From IMG/VR virus record IMGVR_UViG_3300044557_000292, positions 128,001-192,000 of that record: a DNA stretch of 64,000 bases; one strand, written 5' to 3'. The notes under the pieces are model-generated. The model was not told the origin of the DNA, searched no databases, and saw nothing but the letters and a program-made list of their open reading frames with translations. Positions 59,929 through 64,000 of this stretch are shown here, one piece after another. How positions within the stretch are numbered: position 1 is the first letter of the stretch; the number at the start of each line of letters is the position of its first letter. The translations under genes were made by a program, and so were the position numbers. The DNA comes from a virus (lineage: Duplodnaviria; Heunggongvirae; Uroviricota; Caudoviricetes).

Positions 59929-61338
59929 TCAGTAAATCGCAGCGTTCCTGTTCACCTCGTAAAGATTCCTAGCGAGTGCGTCTTTGAATTCATTTGATAT
60001 GTTGTCCATCTTTCCTGATATCATAGCACTTGCAATGCTGTCATCAACGAGAGCGCTTAGAATGGCCTCCTCCGAGTACCAGTCCTTCGTGTCTATAGCG
60101 GTCATGATGATAGCATGGTGAAGATTAGATCTACGCTCAATGTCCTTGATGAAGTCAGCGTTGACTGGACTCTGAGTGAACTTCTTCTCCTCACCGGTCT
60201 CAGACCAGTCAAGCGACTGCGGTGAGTATGACTTCTGCCAGGTCTTAAGTGAGAGGTTAAGATCTTCGTATTCTCTCATCGTCCTCTTCGTTTCACCATT
60301 CTTATTCATCTCCCTGAGGATAGACTTATCGTTAAGATGGCGACTAGATCCACTCTTACCATCATCGTCTACCTTAAGACGCTTGATAGCGCGATTCTTC
60401 TCCAGCTGGAATCTGTTAAGATCATCTCCAATGACCTTTGATGAATAATCGTATGTCTTCCTCGGGAACTGCATGACGATCAAGTAGGAGAATGGGACGC
60501 ACTTCTTCTCATCATAAGTCTGTATGAGTGTTAACAGCCATTGCATGATCACCGCGTCACCTTCCGTGGTGGTCTCCCTCGACTCGTAGGAGTTGTTTGA
60601 TCCTATGCTTCCACCAATGTACACGTTAAACGTCTTCTTAATGCTTGGGACGAGGTACTTAGCGAACTGGATGTAGAAGATGATGAAGTCATTGACGGCG
60701 TCCCTACTCATCTCCGCCAGCTCTCTCCGCCTCGAGGAGTTATTCGAGTTGAACTTGCCCTTCACGAATACCGACCCCTCACCGCCGTGAGATGCCTCCC
60801 ATGACAGGAGCACGTTCTTGGTCACGCTGTTTGACAGGGCGTAGAGTTGGAATTTCCCCGATAATGTCATAGGTTTGAATTTCCCCAGGTATCCAAGATC
60901 TCTTCTAATATCATCGATCTTGGACGGGTCATGGAGCATGAAGGTGAGAATAGACACTTGATGGAGTGGAGCTTTCTCGAACATCTCGATCTCGGTCATC
61001 TCTCTAGATCCGCGGCCGAATATCCTAGGGTAGATGAGCTTCGGGATTGGTTGATCCTCCATGGACATGCCGTTAGCATTCCTCCACGTCTTCATCTGGG
61101 CTAAGGACATTCGATACGACACCCCGTTGTCTCCAGGAATGACCTGATCATTCTCCACCATGTCATTTAGAATGGGCTGTATCTCCTTAAGATTGGGTTC
61201 ATGACAACACGTCCGTATCTTATCGGCCGTGTACCACTGCCCGTCACTGAGGACAGCGCCAACCCTATAGCGGATGGTGAGCTGCTTGAACTCCTCATTC
61301 GTGTACATTGACTTCTGATTATGAAATATTGTGGACAA
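59929..61338 (-). CDS. Putative divergent sigma-factor-like transcription regulator
   Basis: WLLTLIQTYDEKKCVPFSYL resembles sigma70 region 2.2-2.3 (GL++A+++YD..KG..F.TY); N-terminal wHTH-like segment. Confidence 0.5.
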   Translation of the reverse strand: MSTIFHNQKSMYTNEEFKQLTIRYRVGAVLSDGQWYTADKIRTCCHEPNLKEIQPILNDMVENDQVIPGDNGVSYRMSLAQMKTWRNANGMSMEDQPIPKLIYPRIFGRGSREMTEIEMFEKAPLHQVSILTFMLHDPSKIDDIRRDLGYLGKFKPMTLSGKFQLYALSNSVTKNVLLSWEASHGGEGSVFVKGKFNSNNSSRRRELAEMSRDAVNDFIIFYIQFAKYLVPSIKKTFNVYIGGSIGSNNSYESRETTTEGDAVIMQWLLTLIQTYDEKKCVPFSYLIVMQFPRKTYDYSSKVIGDDLNRFQLEKNRAIKRLKVDDDGKSGSSRHLNDKSILREMNKNGETKRTMREYEDLNLSLKTWQKSYSPQSLDWSETGEEKKFTQSPVNADFIKDIERRSNLHHAIIMTAIDTKDWYSEEAILSALVDDSIASAMISGKMDNISNEFKDALARNLYEVNRNAAIY

Positions 61339-61443
61339 TATGATTACCTCCGTAAGCCCCCTACTTCCTTATGTTCATGAGGAATGACTTATGAAGATAT
61401 ATGGTAGAAGAATTTGATTGTTAAGATTATACGATGCTATTCA

Positions 61444-62256
61444 TCACATTAATTGACGCGCGGGTCGGTTCATTGTCTTCAACGACCTGTCACGATCATT
61501 GAATCTAACAATTAACTTGACTTCTGGCATTGCTGCACGCATTCGGTCTATGAATGCGTGCAGATCTGTCATCAAGATGCCCTTATCATTCAGTGAGGTG
61601 ATCCGCGCGACTAGCGTTCTCACGCATACAAACTTTTCCTTATCTTTAACTGGTATCGTTCCCTTATCTTTAATTGGTATCATCCTTGACTCGTCAGACG
61701 TGATAGCCACCTGGATAGCATCCCCTGATAGTTCTATGATCTCGTCATGTAGACCATCAACATCATATACCGGTTGATGATTCAATAATTGATCAATGAA
61801 CTCGCGATTCAAAGGGCCATCATCCTGATCGTACTTGCTATCATATTGTATCGCATTACCACTCTTCGTAACTTGAGGGTAATATTTTCTGATCGTCATG
61901 ACGCCCAGGCGGGGCGTAGATCTTAGCAGGTCGATCTGTGGAGAATATTCCTTCAGGTCGCTGAATACGCCTTCCATGAACATGTTGAATTCGGCCATAT
62001 TAAGCTCATCGTCATTCTTGTCAGTTATCAGACAGGACCATTCCTCCAGGGCGCCTTCCTTATTGTCAATTGGCTCCTCATACGTGATAATGAACTCCGG
62101 GTCGTTGAAGTCATGTTGACTACTGATCTCTTCTGCTATAGGCCTCCCTGTTGGCTCCCTGTAGAAGAAGATCCTCGCAGCCCTTGGATGCGTGATCACG
62201 TTGTCCTCAGGTGACGGTTCGGCCAATGGGCTAAGAGGATTAATGAAATCACTCAT
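61444..62256 (-). CDS. Hypothetical protein
   Basis: Start at ATG 62256 after GGAGG, overlapping the upstream stop. Confidence 0.7.
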   Translation of the reverse strand: MSDFINPLSPLAEPSPEDNVITHPRAARIFFYREPTGRPIAEEISSQHDFNDPEFIITYEEPIDNKEGALEEWSCLITDKNDDELNMAEFNMFMEGVFSDLKEYSPQIDLLRSTPRLGVMTIRKYYPQVTKSGNAIQYDSKYDQDDGPLNREFIDQLLNHQPVYDVDGLHDEIIELSGDAIQVAITSDESRMIPIKDKGTIPVKDKEKFVCVRTLVARITSLNDKGILMTDLHAFIDRMRAAMPEVKLIVRFNDRDRSLKTMNRPARQLM

Positions 62257-62731
62257 GATTGCCTCCAATGGTAACAACAGGCGCCCCAATGATCTTTGAT
62301 CCGATATTATAAAGAATGATCTTGAACCAAATGATGATGGCAGAGAACACGGTGACAACGATTCCGAATAGCATCGACGTCTCGTAGAGGAGGCCGGTCG
62401 TGATCTGCATGGCTGACCCCATGATGCCATTGACCGTGCTGATGATCGTTGTTCTTGATAGCAGGAATGTGATCAGAGCACCTGAGCCAGCGACGGCGAG
62501 GCCGTACGATATCCCCAGGAAGAACGCCATTAAGAGCCCCCTGCCTACCTGCATGTGGGTGATCCTTATAGAATGTGTTTCATTCCCTCTAGAGGATAGA
62601 TTACGCTTAGATCTTGTTATCAGATCGTTTTGACCGCCTGAACCGCGAACAGTTGATGGCTGACCAGATGATCGCATTCTGTTGGGCTCGATGTTGGACG
62701 AGATTCGTCTTCCATGATTTCCTTGTTCCAT
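62249..62731 (-). CDS. Membrane protein (2-3 TM), leaderless
   Basis: ATG 62731 lies 8 nt after GGTACTAT; hydrophobic helices. Confidence 0.65.
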   Translation of the reverse strand: MEQGNHGRRISSNIEPNRMRSSGQPSTVRGSGGQNDLITRSKRNLSSRGNETHSIRITHMQVGRGLLMAFFLGISYGLAVAGSGALITFLLSRTTIISTVNGIMGSAMQITTGLLYETSMLFGIVVTVFSAIIIWFKIILYNIGSKIIGAPVVTIGGNHE

Positions 62732-62754
62732 ATGACATGATAGTACCAATTAAA

Positions 62755-62807
62755 AACAATAAGTGAGGGTTAGCATACCTAAGAAATAGGTATGCTAACC
62801 CTCACTT
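62755..62807 (-). terminator. Intrinsic terminator, 21-bp stem
   Basis: AAGTGAGGGTTAGCATACCTA-AGAAA-TAGGTATGCTAACCCTCACTT; ATTGTTTTT follows on the minus strand. Confidence 0.8.
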
Positions 62808-62831
62808 GTGATCAGGCTGGAGGTCTACTGA

Positions 62832-64000
62832 TCACTCACTAGTTGCGCGGGCGAACGTGACTCCAAACCATCCTATCAGGTTCGTGCGATCACGGAATGC
62901 GGCGTCGATCTTGTTCTCCACGTTGCGTCCAGTGTTCTCCTGAGCAACAACCTTGTGATCGACGTATGATTGACCGGAATTATGATACTGCGCCTCGCAC
63001 TTACCATCAACCTGAGTGGTAGTAGTTGACAATGAGTGGACTGCATTGTTACCCCAAGCAGTCCCATTGCCATCTACCTCCCAGTTAGACAGCACCCTGA
63101 CCTGATTATCAGCAAGATACTCCCACTTGATGTTGAACTCCAGCCCGTTATCCTTGTCAGACGCCCACGGAGACTTAATCCTTATCTTCGTGAAGTTCCT
63201 TGGAATCTGCACTGAGTTGTACGTAGCATAGTTTCCAGTGTGAGATGAGGGGTCTGCTCCTGACCACTGACTGCCTGCCGCTCCAACATTTGATCCGAAG
63301 TTGATATCAGTCCATGTTGACCCGTCAGGGCTACCCTGCATCTTCGTGGCGACGCTACCGTCAATCTTCCACGGTGTTCCGTCATTCCTAACGATGGTAG
63401 TTGTGGTCGCGGGCGTGTCACCGTAAACAATTCCTCCCGACGATATTGGAGACCAGACGTCAAGATCAAGCTGAGCATACTCATTGTTGCGGAATGCCAC
63501 CGCGTCAGCCGTGTTAGAAGATCCGTCGCCATGTACCTGATCGTCCCCGGTAGTGTCTGGCAGCTTCACGTTAATACCATAGGAGTTCTTGGCCTTGTCA
63601 GCATCTGACGCGCCATTTGTCCTAATGTTATTGTCATTGACAGAGTTAGACGGATACTTTGCCGAGAAGCTAATATCATCAATTGCGTTTCCAGTGTTAC
63701 TGTTCACACTGTCTACACTCTTGAACGAGAACCTAGTCTTGGTCTGTCCAGCAGGAACGATATACGTACCAGTGTATGTCTCCCATTGGCCTTTATGAGA
63801 CGAGTCATCAGAGTTAGACACCTTGGTAGCGATAACAGTACCCACATCCCCAATCTTATCACCGTTACCGTTCACAGTAGTTCTTGTAGCTTCCTGAGCT
63901 GTTTCTTCACCTGGAGCCCCGATAAGCACACTCATCTTATCAAGATACCTATTATTCTGTGAGGCATGCTTGATAGTCCAAGTATAAACAGCTCCCGGTG
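62832..64000 (-). CDS. C-terminal part of a large surface/secreted protein with a carbohydrate-binding-like beta-sandwich; starts beyond the window
   Basis: Frame open to the window edge (PGAVYTWTIKHAS...DKMSVLIGAPG...WETYTGTYIVPAGQTKTRFSFKS...GNAIDDISF), a style I associate with bifidobacterial surface proteins. Confidence 0.7.
   Translation of the reverse strand, partial: PGAVYTWTIKHASQNNRYLDKMSVLIGAPGEETAQEATRTTVNGNGDKIGDVGTVIATKVSNSDDSSHKGQWETYTGTYIVPAGQTKTRFSFKSVDSVNSNTGNAIDDISFSAKYPSNSVNDNNIRTNGASDADKAKNSYGINVKLPDTTGDDQVHGDGSSNTADAVAFRNNEYAQLDLDVWSPISSGGIVYGDTPATTTTIVRNDGTPWKIDGSVATKMQGSPDGSTWTDINFGSNVGAAGSQWSGADPSSHTGNYATYNSVQIPRNFTKIRIKSPWASDKDNGLEFNIKWEYLADNQVRVLSNWEVDGNGTAWGNNAVHSLSTTTTQVDGKCEAQYHNSGQSYVDHKVVAQENTGRNVENKIDAAFRDRTNLIGWFGVTFARATSE

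Noticed and set aside
132-63798. Numerous short + strand and nested ORFs in the track (e.g. 47850-48950, 34686-35285, 27391-27912)
   Set aside because: They are antisense or out-of-frame shadows of long motif-bearing minus-strand genes, with no recognisable domains
1-64000. Jumbo phage or prophage interpretation (ThyX, PhoH, dCMP deaminase, DnaB)
   Set aside because: No capsid, portal, terminase or tail genes seen, while conjugation-type membrane genes are abundant; a phage-plasmid cannot be excluded beyond this window

Overview
This window reads as part of a large (mega)plasmid or conjugative element from an actinobacterium. The surface-protein and promoter style resemble Bifidobacteriaceae, but the host assignment is an inference. 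Genes are dense and almost all on the minus strand. No rRNA, tRNA, CRISPR array, transposase or virion genes were seen. It carries (i) its own replication, repair and nucleotide genes (SbcD-like, ThyX, DnaB with a DnaC-like loader, RecB-family nuclease, SSB, RadA, RarA, beta clamp, HU, dCMP deaminase, PhoH-PIN, Clp-type ATPase); (ii) a Gram-positive conjugation/envelope module (TcpC/VirB8-like, small TcpD/VirB2-like protein, three paralogous large VirB6-like proteins, a lysozyme+CHAP hydrolase, a class A PBP with PASTA, DivIVA-like, two Tad pseudopilins); (iii) three GNAT-like proteins and a divergent sigma-like protein. Main non-gene signals: two promoter-like motifs that split the genes into two regulons (TGATATCTT before about 15 mostly transfer/envelope genes; GGTACHAT before about 12 mostly DNA-metabolism genes, often 6-8 nt from a leaderless ATG); a gap-free 133-bp element present three times in intergenic DNA; a shared Cys/His N-terminal module on two unrelated proteins; and several enzyme folds with substituted catalytic residues. 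All family assignments come from motif recognition by eye; no database search was run.
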